Origin: Phoronis australis
Lineage: Eukaryota; Animalia; Phoronida
DNA: 64,000 bases
Assembly (NCBI GenBank): GCA_002633005.1
Contig: NMRA01000350.1
Span: 7,642 to 71,641, forward strand
Direction of reading: 5' to 3'
The stretch's first letter is position 1. Every line of letters starts with the position of its first letter. Both the position numbers and the translations under genes were made by a program. Under the pieces are notes generated by a model. That model saw nothing but the letters and a program-made list of their open reading frames with translations. It made no database searches and had not been told where the DNA came from. This document shows, piece by piece, positions 47,458 to 61,185 of this stretch.

Positions 47458-50400
47458 TTAAAGTGGTTTGGTTGACAGAAGGCGGACGATGCCAAAAACA
47501 GACTCGAAAAAAAGTAAAAATGGCCACTAGGTGGCGCAAAGTACCCTGAATCCATTCCAAAACGGGATGATAGTGTCATATCACCAATACATGCCCAACT
47601 GCCAAACTTTTTGAAAATCCGTTGAGGACCTCCGAAGATACAAAGGTAAACATAAAAAGCTATAATTGCCACTACCAGGGGACACACCTGTAGTCACACT
47701 AGTAGCTTCATAGGAACACATCTGCCAAATCTCATCAAGGTCCAATAATGATCTAGGAGATACAGCTTTGGACGCCGGATGCCCAGAGAGAGATGACAGC
47801 AATGTGAATATTAAATACATAGGCCCATAATGAGGGAAATGTCTATGTCTTGCCACACCAAATTAGGAGACATGCTTCGCCTTGTGGGACAAAAACCCGC
47901 AGACTGGCGAGCAGTTGACAGATTGCTTTTTGAGATTTGAAACTAAAAGAAATTAAAAATGTTTGTGAACAAACCTTAAAATTACTTGGTGAGCAGGTTA
48001 AATTCTGTTTCAGTGGCAGAAAACCACTTTCAATAATGCAATTTAGTCTGCTTATCGCGTTTCAGGCCTCTAAAATTCTATGCCACACAACTGGGCAATG
48101 TTTCGAAGAAATTGTGGCCACTTAATGTTACAAGTTTTTAAATATAAAAAATATCCAAAATTTGTTAGATTTCATTGTAATTTTGCACAAGTCAACAAAA
48201 TGTTGGATGCCAATTTTCGTAACATTTTAGCTGTTCCATGGAAACCATTATAAGCATCAGTAGATAACGTGAAACATCTTAAGACGTTTGCAAAATCACA
48301 AATAATTAATGACTTCATAAAACAAGTGTAATGCGAACAGTTGAAATGCATCCACAACTGCACTGCCATAGGTATGCTCTTAGGAATGTTTGTTATGGTA
48401 TCAAAAACAGCCACTAGAACATAATGGTTGAACCTGTCCGAAAATTGAAAGTCCACCTTGTCTAATGCTCATTAAGAAACACTGAAAATTCGTAGATGAA
48501 CAAAAAAGAATTGACATGTGACTGAGGCCCAGCTGAGTAGTAGGATCCATCCGCAAACAGTTGTCACCTGTTGCCAATAGTCACAAGCACATAGAATCAG
48601 GGGTACAGGACACACAGCTGGGGGGCACCACAAATCAACATCAGTCGTGCTGTTGTGAGTAGGAAAACATCTGGCAATTTTATTAATTATAATTGTACTC
48701 GCAACCAGTTCACTGATTTCCAAAATGCCTAGAAGAACAATCGTGAGCACCTGCTTTTCATTTAAAATCTTTCTCAGGGTTGTTTATTAACATTCAAAAT
48801 TGAGAGAATTGATGCAACAATATCAGTTTTTAAAATACTAAAGGAACAACTTTTCCTAAAAAACCAAAATGAATACAAAAAATCTGTATATTTGTACTTT
48901 AGTCAGAAAAAATTACTAGTATTTTGAACATATAACAACTGATACTTGGAAAAAATGAAGCAGATAGGTTTTAGGGATTTTTTTCCCCCTAAATTATTTT
49001 TTTATGTTCCAATAATAATCATTCAAAACACTATTAAAATGGTTGCAAAATAGTATGTGAATATGGTTTAAAGAAGATGGAACTATGCCAAACACAAAAC
49101 CAAGTAACCTTTAACCCTTGGCTTTAGCACAGATCTTTGTGTTTTATTAGTTACTTAGTGCAGAAGAGCACAACAAATAATTCCAAAATGTTCTCCCAAT
49201 TTTTACACATTTGGGAAAGCACAGACAAACAATGTAGAGGGTAGAATGACATTACAGTGCACATCTTCTCTAAAATCTTTTTCTAAAACGTAATAAACAT
49301 GCTTCGGAGTTCATTAAAAAAAGTTCCAACAGAAAGAATAAATAACAGTCATTACCCTTGCCATGGCAACTTTGAAAGCTGTTCAATGCAATGAATAAGC
49401 AATTTTCAAGATTCCCATGTTTTAACATAGACATAAAAGATGGCAGCAGTAGTATAAAGCACGGCCAACAGACATATCATAATTCCTGAAGTGGAAAAAA
49501 TATCCTCAGGATTTAGCCTAGAATATAATTGAATAGTTTTCAAATCACAATGCTCTGTATAGCTTGTAAAAACACCACACAGACTTTTCATAAGTCTTCA
49601 GGGCAACAGAAGTAAAGCAACCAGAACAAATAGAGTACAAAAGAGGTTATATTCTCAACAGGTGTCATAGAAAAATGGTAACTTCAGGGATGATTACCTT
49701 TGTGGCCAGTATTTGTTTGGTATGTGGCTGTACCTGATAGCATTGACTGCAATGTTGCCACAAAAAATGGACTCCTCCAATGAGAGGTCTTATCTTAATC
49801 ACTCAATTATAGCTGAGCACATCATCCTATCAACTTAAATTAGGGCAGAAGCTTTCTTTCTAACAAATGACCTGGAATCCCCTCCCCAATGACAGCTGCC
49901 AGTTAGCAAACTCAGCTCATTATCAAGTAGCCTTTCCTAATAACTGAGAGTGAAAGGGAATTAAATAACACTGCCATAATAGTATACACGCCATTGTCTG
50001 TGACTAAATTAGCCAACAAGATGGGAGGGGAGATGCAACAATTGCTCTAGAACAAGCTAGTAATGCCACAAATATGGGGCAAATGCACAGTAGCAACTTG
50101 TTTTTGGGGTCAGTCTAGCTGTATGCGGACAGAACTTTTGTCGTCTTTTTAGAGCTACCGTATCTGCTAAATTTCATGAAAAATCCTACAGCAACTTGGC
50201 AGATACTAAATTCAGCAAAACTGAAATTGAAAGGGGTTCTCTAATATCCCAACGCCTAAACGAACCTGAGCCAGACTGCGACTAAACTATCCTAATCAAA
50301 TCACAAATTAAGGCTCTCAGCTTAGCTGCGATGATAAAGAAAATTAATTTTCACGTGAACCTGAAAGTTAACGTGGACAGAATATCTGAACACCGGGTGT

Positions 50401-50570
50401 TCAGTTATTGTAGTACATGTCCACTAGATTAAAAACTACTTACAAATCACTCTACGAAATGCAACTTCTTTTATTTTCATTCTCATAATATCTAACACAA
50501 ATCAGTCGATTCCATTGAGTCAATTTTTTTATTAAATTTTGCTATGACATTAAACACGATGTGTTCTACA

Positions 50571-50704
50571 GCTAGAGTCCCCTCCATTTCTTTCTTCTCC
50601 ATTTCCAGTCTCTCTTCCCTTTCTTTCTTTTCCCATTCCAGCGTTATCTCTTGTTCTCATATTTTCCGCTCTGCATCATGTTTTTCTTTGAGAAAGTTGA
50701 TGGA
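50571..50704 (-). pseudogene. Decayed E/K/R-rich coiled-coil coding fragment
   Basis: SINFLKEKHDAERKI*EQEITLEWEKKEREERLEMEKKEMEGTL with one in-frame TGA (+ strand tca 50657-50659). Confidence 0.4.
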
Positions 50705-51273
50705 CAATTAGTATATGTATGTTTTACAGAATCGTGAATGAATTGTATATTGTATTTTACCGTATTCCATTCTGCTACAGGAATGCAAGATGGGAGTATA
50801 TGTTGAATGTGAAAAGGTCGTTTCTACAAACTCCGACCTGTCAAAAATGGTCAACTCTTATAATGCATAATATATTTGCACTTTGAAATAAATGGATGCA
50901 TGTAAATTAAACATGTGAATATGCACACAAAATCATGTCTGTTAAAAAACCATTCTGGTTCGATGACATCCAGCGAATCCCTACAGAATAAGGATTTTGG
51001 AATAAAGCCTTCCTTCAGCGGGACTTGAAAAACATGACACAAAAATCGCGTTCATTTTATACTGAAGCAAAGAAAAAAGATTGAGAACCCAATCAAAATA
51101 AAAATCATTTTAATGTTTTGCCAAATAAGAGTTAAAAAGGGGCAACAACTTTCACGCTTAAAGCAATGTGAATCTCCCTGTATTTGCGTAAAATACGCAA
51201 ACAAGACTAACCGGATTACGTCAAAGCCAACAATGGTATGAGACGAAAATTATATATGCGATATAATTCACCT

Positions 51274-51452
51274 TCGCGTTGCTTTGAGAAACCTCTATAT
51301 TAAACTCTGACTTAAAGTTTAGATGAAAGTCTGTCATACAGTACGTGCAACAGATTTTCTCCTCGCGTTGCTTTGAGAAACCTCTCTATTAAACTCTGAC
51401 TTAAAGTTTAGATGAAAGTCTGTCATACAGTAAGTGCAACAGATTTTCTCCC
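51274..51452. repeat. 89-bp tandem duplication
   Basis: tcgcgttgctttgagaaacctct...gtgcaacagattttctcc at 51274 and 51363, nearly identical. Confidence 0.92.
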
Positions 51453-54400
51453 AAGTTCTTTTTCAAAAACTGCAAGTATGTGGAATAGGGCATGAAATGA
51501 TAAAGAAATTTGGTGCTACTCGTCTGTTATGCAAAAGAATAAAACAGAGTTTCACCAGTCTGTGCAACATTGTGCCTTAAATTAGGTGGATTTCACCATG
51601 ACCGTTATTATACCTTATGGGAGACACCAACAGTCCAGCCACAATTCGCCTGTTGGACGACAAGGCTCTGTTCCCCACTGGCAATCAACCTTTAGCTCCT
51701 AGAAAGAAGAATACAACACTAGGAGAAACTCGGGTTGGTGAAACAATTGAGAGTCATTACCAGAAGGTACGTTATAATTATATCCTCTAAGGATTTCACT
51801 GAATCCACACCAATTACACTTGAGGCTGGCATTCCGATTCATGGCACTGTTTGCGAGACGTTTCAATGGACAATTTTGAAGATTCAAACATAAGCACAGA
51901 ATGTATTTTTACAAGAAAGACAGATACACCCAACCAAAACATAGAAATAAGTAGAAACAAATGGACATCCTATCTACAATCTTTGAATGTTCAGTAAGAC
52001 GGGCAGCTTAATCAGTGAAAAAATGCTCCAGAGGCAACTAACGCGACTTAAAGTGACCCTGCAGTGTGGACAAAGACTAAAACTAGTGTGCTGTTTGACG
52101 AGGTAGTGTAACTTGCACCACTAATTATTAAGCTGGCGTTGTGAACAGCAATTAAGCTCAGGAGCAAGGCCTGAGGAAGTAATTATCAAATGGGAGCGTC
52201 GTTCAATTCGTTTCATTGCAGCATTGTGCACCATTTGTGAGCCACTAGTTTACAGTCCTGTGACCTCAAATTCTCAAGCGGGGCTTCTAACATTGTCAAA
52301 GAATGTCCCCAATTTCTAAAGACACGTCACGCGGCAGCTATATGGTACAAAACTAACCATGGAAAACCATTGGCAATGACAAACAGATCTTAATATGTGA
52401 ATGGAACAAGGATTATAAAATTTCACTAGTCGCTCCTTATTGTGCCCTAAATTCGTGAGATTTTTTAAACTTATGGTGTGGTTGGCTGAAAATAAAGCAA
52501 AAAGCGGATTGCAAATGAGGTCATAAATTAACAATTCCTGAAGCCAAACTCTACAAGAGCAATGGAATGCTGCCATATTGCTCCCACTTAACAGACAGAT
52601 TTTATTTAACAGTACTAACAAAGCAGCAATACATGTGGACCCCGACCCGTCAACATTTTGGGAAGTAATGTGGACTAGCTCTTGGTACTGTCTTTTATGT
52701 TTCGGAAAATAATTGGCTCATGAAGACAACTGTCCAATGCGCTTGATGACTGGCATACTAGACTGAAAGTTTGAGTCTGAACTCGATATTTCATGTTTTT
52801 ACTTAAAATCTCGACTTTTTACAACAGTTGGTAGTTCAGATCTAGGGGTCATCAAGCACAAACGTGAACTAGAAACTCGCATGCATGAATCCCTATTTGA
52901 GCACAGACTTACACTTACCTTGTCAAAAGTACACAACGGAAAATGTCAAAAATAAATTCAAATTCGGTTTTCAGTACAAACATTAGACACCTGCTCCAAG
53001 TCGAGGTCACTGACTATCCAAAAGTACATAAAAAGTTTGAATTTTGTGAAATATCATTTGACACAAAAAGCAACAGAAGCCAGAACGAGAAAAAAGCAGA
53101 TAGCACGTACACCAGCACAAGACGTACAATGACATTTTAAGCCCTGAGTGACATCACTGGCATTCAGCTGAGTTTTCCTGCATATAACGGAAATTCTTTT
53201 AATTGTATCATGTGTTAAGCTGCTGACCCCTTTAGACAAGGAAGTTTTTTGGTTATTTACTTTAATCCCGATAAAATCCACTTCAGCAAGAAAATCACTC
53301 ATGAATCACAGTGTCTTGCAGTATACAACTTTAAGTGAGTAAACAGAGGACAGTTTAAACAGCTGAGAGTTTTTGATTAGAATCTATGGTGAATTCTCAC
53401 CAGTTTTGGGTTCATAAACAAGAAACCTAAAGACTCTCACCACAAAAGTGGGATCACATGCTTCCCTTGTAAAGCATGGCAATATGACAACTATATAGCC
53501 TGCGACTATACATCCTGTGCGATATTGCCTTTCGCAATGTTTCTTGCTTACCCAGCCAGGGAAGAGCCCACTTCAGTTTGTGTGTTAAGGACAATACAGG
53601 CATCAATATACAGAACTGACTTTCCAGTGAGTTATTTATTAGTGAGTCAAGAACCATGTTCCCCTTTGACAGACATACCCAATCATTGTTTGTTAAATTC
53701 TGTGCATAGTAACTCTGCATCAAACTAAAGCACCAAAGAAAAGGGTAACAATGGAACCCACTTCCTTGTTCAAAGTTATAAGCAGGTATACCATAGTTCA
53801 TTGTGAAAGTGAAACTCACCTGAGTTAAAGATCACATCATTACTGAGAGGAGTTGGCTATTTCCTCAACCAAGTTAAAAATCTTAAAAATCAATTACAGC
53901 AATAACGTGTCTCTAAAAGCAATGTCCATAGACTGTTCAACAATTCCCGATTCAAGCTTGATTGTGGCAATTAAAAATATGGTAAAAAATATCCAATTTA
54001 GGACGTTCTCTAAAAATTTGTGACACCAGGCCAAAATTAAAGTTTCTTGATTCTAAAGACTGGAACATGTACAATTTTGCAAGTATCAGACACCAGAACC
54101 TGCTTGAAATTGGGCACTACGCAATTAATGAATTGGGGTACAGCCCAGAATCTGAAGGAAGTTTACCCTTTTGTCCAAAAGGAATAACAGTAACCATCCC
54201 TAAGCCAATATTACCCTTTGTGAGGAAAACCAGGGTACAGTTCTGTAAAGCTAGGACCTTACGCTAGCACTTTTGCAAAAATCTAGCCAAAATCGTATGT
54301 TCTCATTTTTGAAATAAACGGCAATATCTCACGGAATCTGGCAGTCCTATAAGCTTAACTGAAACTGATTGGCACGTTTATAGCAGCTTCACACACCCAT

Positions 54401-55816
54401 TCCCTGGTTTTTGAGCATTTCAATTTAAGCGCCACCTTGGGCAAAAATTTAACCCAGAGGAATTTTCTATGTTGCTGTACCAATCCTGCAAACAACAGTC
54501 TTAAGACACATGAAAATATATACTGATAGGAAATATCAGTGGCAACTTAACGGTTATACAACGATCATAGAAAAAGTCATTGGTTAAGCATGGGCATTTT
54601 TCATAAAAAATACAAAAGGGACTTTACCAAACACTCCTCAAAACTCGTAGTAGAAACCTGAGGGCATGAGTCTAATCTTTTAACCTGATATGAGTTCAAA
54701 AGTTTATTTTTGACATTTTCCATTTTTCTTTAAAACAAACTCAAAAGATAATCGTCTATTATCCTGTGCTTGAGTATGTTATGATTTATGCACATTAATG
54801 TCTGAGATCCAACTTTGCTCTAAATGGCACGTGAAGCTTTAAGATACAATCAGGAGTAGAAACTCAAGATTTGGATGTCAGTCTAGTGTTTATAGCTTTA
54901 ATGTTAGGGTCATCAAGTGCACATAGGGAATACACAATTAACAATACATCCTGGAGCATAGTCATCGACAATTATTATATTATTATATAAGTTCGTATTC
55001 AGGTAGAACAGAAAGTAATTTTCAAGTTCGTTTTTGAGTAGACAGATTAGATGCTGGGGTCCAGGTAACTGCTTCAAAAAGTGAAATTCTACTTTTAAGT
55101 AAAAAATATTGGGTTAAGCATCATACCATTTTGATAAATAATTAAATCATGCTTGAGTAACAATGCAAATTCTCTGAAAATACACCCAACTGCTAAGTAA
55201 GTGAAATAATTTCTATCGCTTATTTCTTGAAGAGTGACGATACTGCTAACCATTTGGCTGAAACCTCTGGTGAAGTGGGAGTCTTAAAACTTAATATCTA
55301 CTGTTCAGTCCCTTTCATGAAACAGAATCCTGAGGGCCTGTAACCTAAAATTTTTATTCGAAATTGAAATTAGAAATGTATTTGGCATTTATCGTTTTCC
55401 ATTAAATTTAACTCATGATAACTAAACTAATTCCATGCTTGAGTAAATTGTGGATTACGCAAAGTACTTTATACGTGAAATTTGCAATTGATGATCAATA
55501 AATTCGAGTCACAAGTGTATTAAGTAAAAACTCAAGATTTTGAGTGAAAACTCATTTCAAGTTCAGATTCAAACTTACTGCAGTCATGGAGTGCTTAACA
55601 GGATTAGTCATACACATAACGCACGACATACTGGGGAACTGAGAATAACAGACACTTATATTAAGTTCATACACAAGTACAACAGGAAGAATGTCGAGTT
55701 TGATTTCGAATAAAAATGATTAGATCCAGACACCATGTTCCAGGGTCAAATCTTCGAAATTCAGTTCAGATTTGACTAAGAATCAAAAATCGTCTAATCA
55801 GGCAGCATGATTCAAG

Positions 55817-56000
55817 TACTAACTTTTACGCTTACAACTGGTCAATATTTAAGATGTTCAAAGATTAGATCCCCGCCTACTAAGTTTTACGCTTACAACT
55901 GGTCAATATTTAAGATGTTCAAAGATTAGATCCCAGCCTACTAACTTTTACGCTTGAAATTGATCAATATTTAAGATGTTCAAAGATGAGATCCCCGCCT
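55817..56000. repeat. ~61-bp tandem repeat, 3 copies
   Basis: tactaa.ttttacgctt..aa.tg.tcaatatttaagatgttcaaagat.agatccc.gcc three times. Confidence 0.9.
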
Positions 56001-56258
56001 AAGAATGCTTTGACACTCGGCTACATGTACAAAAAACTTTTCTCTTACCTTTGAATATGATGATAAGCACAACCATTACCAATCTAGATGGTGCAATTAA
56101 TGCAATTAGGTAAGTCAGAAATGCTCTCCTCAAGAGGGACCTGAACTCACCACTGTTCATCACAATTATATAAGAAGTTTGGAGAACAGGTTTACCTTGG
56201 CCAAATGAGTGAACAATGCGCTGTTAAATTATGTGCCGCAAATAATACTTTATGCCTC

Positions 56259-57712
56259 TAACAAGAATTAAATTACGCATGTAATTTAACCGTGTAACGT
56301 TCACCCAATTGGCCACCCAATTGCCGAGGCCAACGATACACCGGTGACTCCAGCGGCAGAATAATAGAAAGGTTACTAAGGGGCGCAGCATCAGTCAAAT
56401 CATCTGAAATAGGGGATGAGCTATTGTGTACATGATAGTAACTTATTTGCAGATTTCATGAACATCCAGCAAGGATTACTTAGATGATTTCAGGGCAAAT
56501 CCTAAGAAAAATAGTTAATTCCACAGTAGTCAGATTTGTCTCGAAATCAATGTCAATTTCACTCTCTTCAACACAAAAATACGCCTAAGTTCATGAAGGT
56601 ACATTGACAAACCAATAAAATTGCCACAAGAGGGTGTCACAGCAGATAGACCAACCCAAAAATCACCGTCAGTCAATTGCACTACCTCTCAGCAGGAACA
56701 GGCATAATTTGCTGGCCAATTTCTATCAGGATCATTACAATGATTGGTCAATAGAGAGGCAGACATCAATCAGACTCAAAACAAATAAAAATGGCCACTA
56801 AGGCTGCATAGAATACATCACATTCATATGAAACTTGAAAGGTGACATAGCTTCTTTAATACAAACCTATTTGCCATGTTTATTACGAAAATCCACCAAG
56901 ATACTTCGAAGATACATAGAAAAAATAAAAAATCTGAAATTGCTCCTAGAGGGCGCAGCAGTAGTTGGATCCGCCAGAGAGCCATCATTAGTCATCTTCA
57001 TACAAATACACCAGCCAAATTTAACAAATGCTTCAGATTGTGTCAGCTCAGATACAGCCACTCTAAGCAAAAAGTACTTACTAGGAGGTGACCAAAACTC
57101 ATATAACCCATCCGAAAATCATCGTCAGCTGTCTTCTTCCCAGTCAGAACATATAATTTTTACAATTATCCATAGAGTGGTTTTCCTGACCGTGTCCACA
57201 CTGGCACTTAAGTGTGGTGTGCACTTAGTAACGTCAAATCCATATGAAATGGGAAGATGCCAATTAATGCTTCATTAGTTACCAATTTGCCAAATTTCAA
57301 AAAAATCTGGACAGGAGCTCCAAGGAAACACCAAAACAGAAAAAATAAAATTACCACCAGGGGTCACAGGGAAAGCCGAGTCCGTCCGGAAGTAGTCAAC
57401 CTCCATTTTCACCTTCATACTTGCCAAATTTTCCAGAGGAAATAGAAGATACAGCCGTGGACACACAAAAAACAAAAGTGCCACTAGGAGGCACCACAGT
57501 ACAGTTGAAGTCATCCGAAAATCATCCTTAGGTGCTCTCTTCCCAGTAGGAACAATTATTTATTCCAATTACCATAATCATGCAAAACTTGATGACCATA
57601 TCCAGGGGTTTTGGAGAGCAGCGGACTTTGGATGAACACTGGATGGACGGACAGGGATGACGCCGACAATTAATGCACTCACATATCAATGTAAAAATTG
57701 GGTGCATAAAAA
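56259..57712 (+). mobile_element. Diverged HINE/pearl-like repeat copy
   Basis: Subunits aaatggccactaagg and aagtgccactaggaggcac; 3' ggatggacggacagggatgacg...gggtgcataaaaa. Confidence 0.65.
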
Positions 57713-60293
57713 GGTTAATTTTGGAAAATAACACACACGCATAGCAGAACATGAATCGCCAGGACTTTGGGCAGGAAGGTGGCACACACTACACTCTGTG
57801 TCAACGGAGAATGACCAAGAATTACAACGTAAAAATCACTTATCACAGACCATTCATTCTTCACAACTGATTACATTTGGTAAAATATCTCAATCCTGGA
57901 CAATGACAGCAACAGATTTAGGTCGTGGATCAGATAATAAAGGTATATAAAAATGTATTAATACATGTATGAATAGAGACACAACCTAATTTCAGCTCAG
58001 GCCACAGGTTAAAACACCATACTTTGACGGAAGAACTAGGCTCCTACGTCCGCCCATTCTGATTGTGATGGCTGAAGGTACAGGTGGGAGGCTGAAAATT
58101 TCATGAGGTAAATTATCTTCGAGGATGCCAAAAGAATTTTTAGGAGTGACATGTCAATTATGGACAGATGAATTTATTTAAAACACTTAATTGTGTTTCA
58201 TAATTCTCATGGTTTGGCAGAGAGTTAGTGCCTGAGACTATGGTTGGGAACTTCACGCAAGACATGGTTGCCAAGTGAAGTTGTAAAAGTCTCGTCTCAA
58301 CCAACAACCAACAACCGACTACCAGACTTTCTTTTGAACTCACAAAACCCCTGAAACCACCACAAAATTGACTAAGGAACAATTTGAGAAAAACTTCATA
58401 GCAGCAAGTTGCCTTAATCAAAAGTCTCTTTTGTAAAGGAAGCAGGTTTAATTTTGCTGCTTTTAGTAATTTCAAGAAATTAGGGAGAGGCGTTTCCCTG
58501 AACGTGGACACGTCACCTGAGCCAGACAGTCGCCCTGGACACCAGTCATATAAGACCTATGACCTTGGAAAGAGAAGTCCAGAGAACCAATAGTTCCAAG
58601 AATTTGCTGCAAGGTTGGTTGCTGACATGAAAATTGAATCACCGCCCTCACTGACACAACCGGATATGGGAGAAAATAAACATTGAAAAAATACCTGCCA
58701 AAATTCTAGGAATGACCAGTGCCTTGTGAAAGTCATTGAAGATCATAGCAAAACCTAGGCAAGCGCAAACTTCCTCTTTTTTTCGCAGCTTGTAACCAAG
58801 GGCCTAAGTCGACTCGTAACTATAAACACACAGTCAGCACTTCCACAACGAAAGTCAAACCTTGAACTCTAGGTCGAGGGTCATAGAACTAACCCACACA
58901 GTTTCTGCAATATTAGGCAATTCAGTTAGGGGTCATATGGGTATATTAGGTGACTTACTATATATTTTTATAACTGAGGTTCAACCGATTTTAGGTATAA
59001 CTTTCTAGTACACTGGGCAAAAGTAATAAAAATACGCCTTTCTCAAAGTGGATAAAAAATATGATTGCTTTTTCGGTAAAACTTTAATATGTGGTTTACT
59101 ACAGAATACCCATCCTATAATCAATTAAAAATGTCAGTTTTCTTAAAAATGTAAAACAGTTGCAGTGACAAAGAATTTCATGTTAAAATGCATTTCGACA
59201 CAGAAAGTCATCATAAAATACACCACATGACTAGAATGTTTTATAACATGAATTTCTTTATCAGCTCATTTCAAAATTTGACAGTTATCAGAATTCTGAG
59301 AATTCCACTCATGTTAGTCTCAAACAGAGATAGGCTCCATGACATCAGCTCAGATAATGCTTCCAATACTGCATTCTGTACACTTACGTAAACCTATCCC
59401 TTACATACTGAGATTGACCATATTTTTCCCAATAACCTTAAGGCACATCTGCACTCATGAGCAACGCTGGCGTCCCTCATGCCCCACAAGCACTTTCGCA
59501 TGCCATTTTTGCAGTGAGACCCTCCACCCTTCCGCTGCAAGTTTTGCTGAAATCCCCTAGTACTTTTTCGCAAAAAACACTGTGAATCGGGATATCTGAC
59601 AGGTATTTCATTATCAAACTCATGAGGAAACGGTAGAATTTTAGCGTAGCAACCATCAGAGCACAACGATATAATAAAAAATCATAGCATGTACCGGAAA
59701 ACTGTAGCAATTAACAAAACAGCATCACGATGTTAAAATTTCAACAACCAAATATTGTGGCTCAAAGCAATTGTAGTACTTACTGCTTTTTTCAACAAAG
59801 AAAGGTAGACCCAATTTAATGTTGCACTACAGTCCAAAGTTCAAAGTCTGCCACTAAAGTAGATGCCACTCTGAATCAACAATGCCTGAAGTAGCCAAAC
59901 TTAAAAAAAAAACGTTTCACTGAAGTGACCTTGAGAATTTTTTAATCACTGGACATGTATTTCTGGGCCTGATACGTACTCATAAGTTGCTTTGTTAATC
60001 CAGATTAGTTCGCAGTTGGAACAGTAATTTACATCAGGGCGATAACCCACCATAAAAAATTGCCACCTTTCTCACTTGAATGGACTAACATTTCACTATC
60101 CTAACTGTAAATTTTCATCATACTAAACCACGCGATGTCGCTACGCTTTAATGCAATACGGATCCGACAATCCACTCCCACTTCTATTTTTATTTTGAGA
60201 CATGTTTAGCTTTATAAATTGTACAGTGAACATTGAACAGACAGAAATAACAACACTGAGAGTACGCGAAACGTCGGAAAAAACTCCGCTCAC

Positions 60294-60384
60294 GTGAAGT
60301 AGGGAGATAATTTAGAACGGTCGAGGAAAATACTTCGGACAGCACCTTTTGCATTTTGCTTTGGTCCACTTCTGTTACTCCCAT
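60294..60384 (-). CDS. Tentative upstream first coding exon of the CARMA-like gene
   Basis: aagATGG start, 30 codons + 1 nt, donor C|gtgagc; phase 1 fits the acceptor at 41780 in frame; locally CpG-rich. No homology support. Confidence 0.3.
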
Positions 60385-60682
60385 CTTTCCGAGCCTACTA
60401 CCTTAATCCTACTAAATTTAGACTTGTCTAAATCATTCACTTCTCACATTAGGCCTAATACTCCTGTGGCAGACAAAAAAATGTTAGTCCACCATACTAA
60501 ATCTCCAATGCCAATTAGGGCCCTATAACACAATCTTTACCCTTCAATTCCTGAGTAGCGCAAACACAATTGTTTATTTTAACAGATAACCTCATTAATT
60601 TGGGGACATTGGGGAACAGAATTTACTGTTATCAGATCCAATACTTGGGCTCATAATGGCCAAATTAGACTTCTTGTCTTAA

Positions 60683-61185
60683 GGCCCTTTCATATTGGCT
60701 TAACTCCGATCAACGTAAACAGCGCAGTTAACTGGACCGTTCATACTGGATTTGGTAGTTAATGAACATCGAAGTAAACGGTTGGCGACGCTGACGTCAT
60801 TGAAGTTATTGCAAGGTTAGCGCTGCACGCTAAGATTTTTTCAATGTGACAATTAGGGAACATTTATATGTGCTAAATGACATTAAATCTAAATTTACTT
60901 TTAAATCGATTGGTTATTATTAGAGCAAAATTTAAGCAGCTTTTAGTGACGGCACTATCCTGTAACTGTTGACGATAACAGTGGCACCTGGCGATAACTT
61001 CGATTGGACCGAAGCTTAAGCGTTCATACTGCACCGCAACGTCGACGCTGCGCTATTAAATCCACCTATTAACTGCAATGTTAACTGGAGCTCTTAACTG
61101 TGATCCACGACCGGCGGAGTTAAGCGTTCATACTGACCGCAACTCCCCAAACTATCAACGCGTCGACGTTAGTATGAAAGGCCCT
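60683..61185. mobile_element. MITE-like element (Harbinger- or Kolobok-like termini) with an inverted partial second copy at 61407-61470
   Basis: TTAA|ggccctttcata ... tatgaaaggccct|TTAA; internal gttcatactg repeats; CpG-rich; 61407-61470 is a diverged reverse complement of the right end. Confidence 0.65.

Larger units (their letters stand above)
45380..47830 (+). mobile_element. HINE/pearl-like repeat copy interrupted by Kolobok copy 2
   Basis: Repeat units at 45380-45899 resume at 47462 (agtggtttggttgacag); ends with gacgccggatgcccagagagagatgacagcaatg. Confidence 0.75.

Noticed and set aside
59339-59710. Overlapping ORFs with a nearby donor-like site at ~59386
   Set aside because: No motif or phase evidence for coding; could be a UTR exon but this is unsupported.
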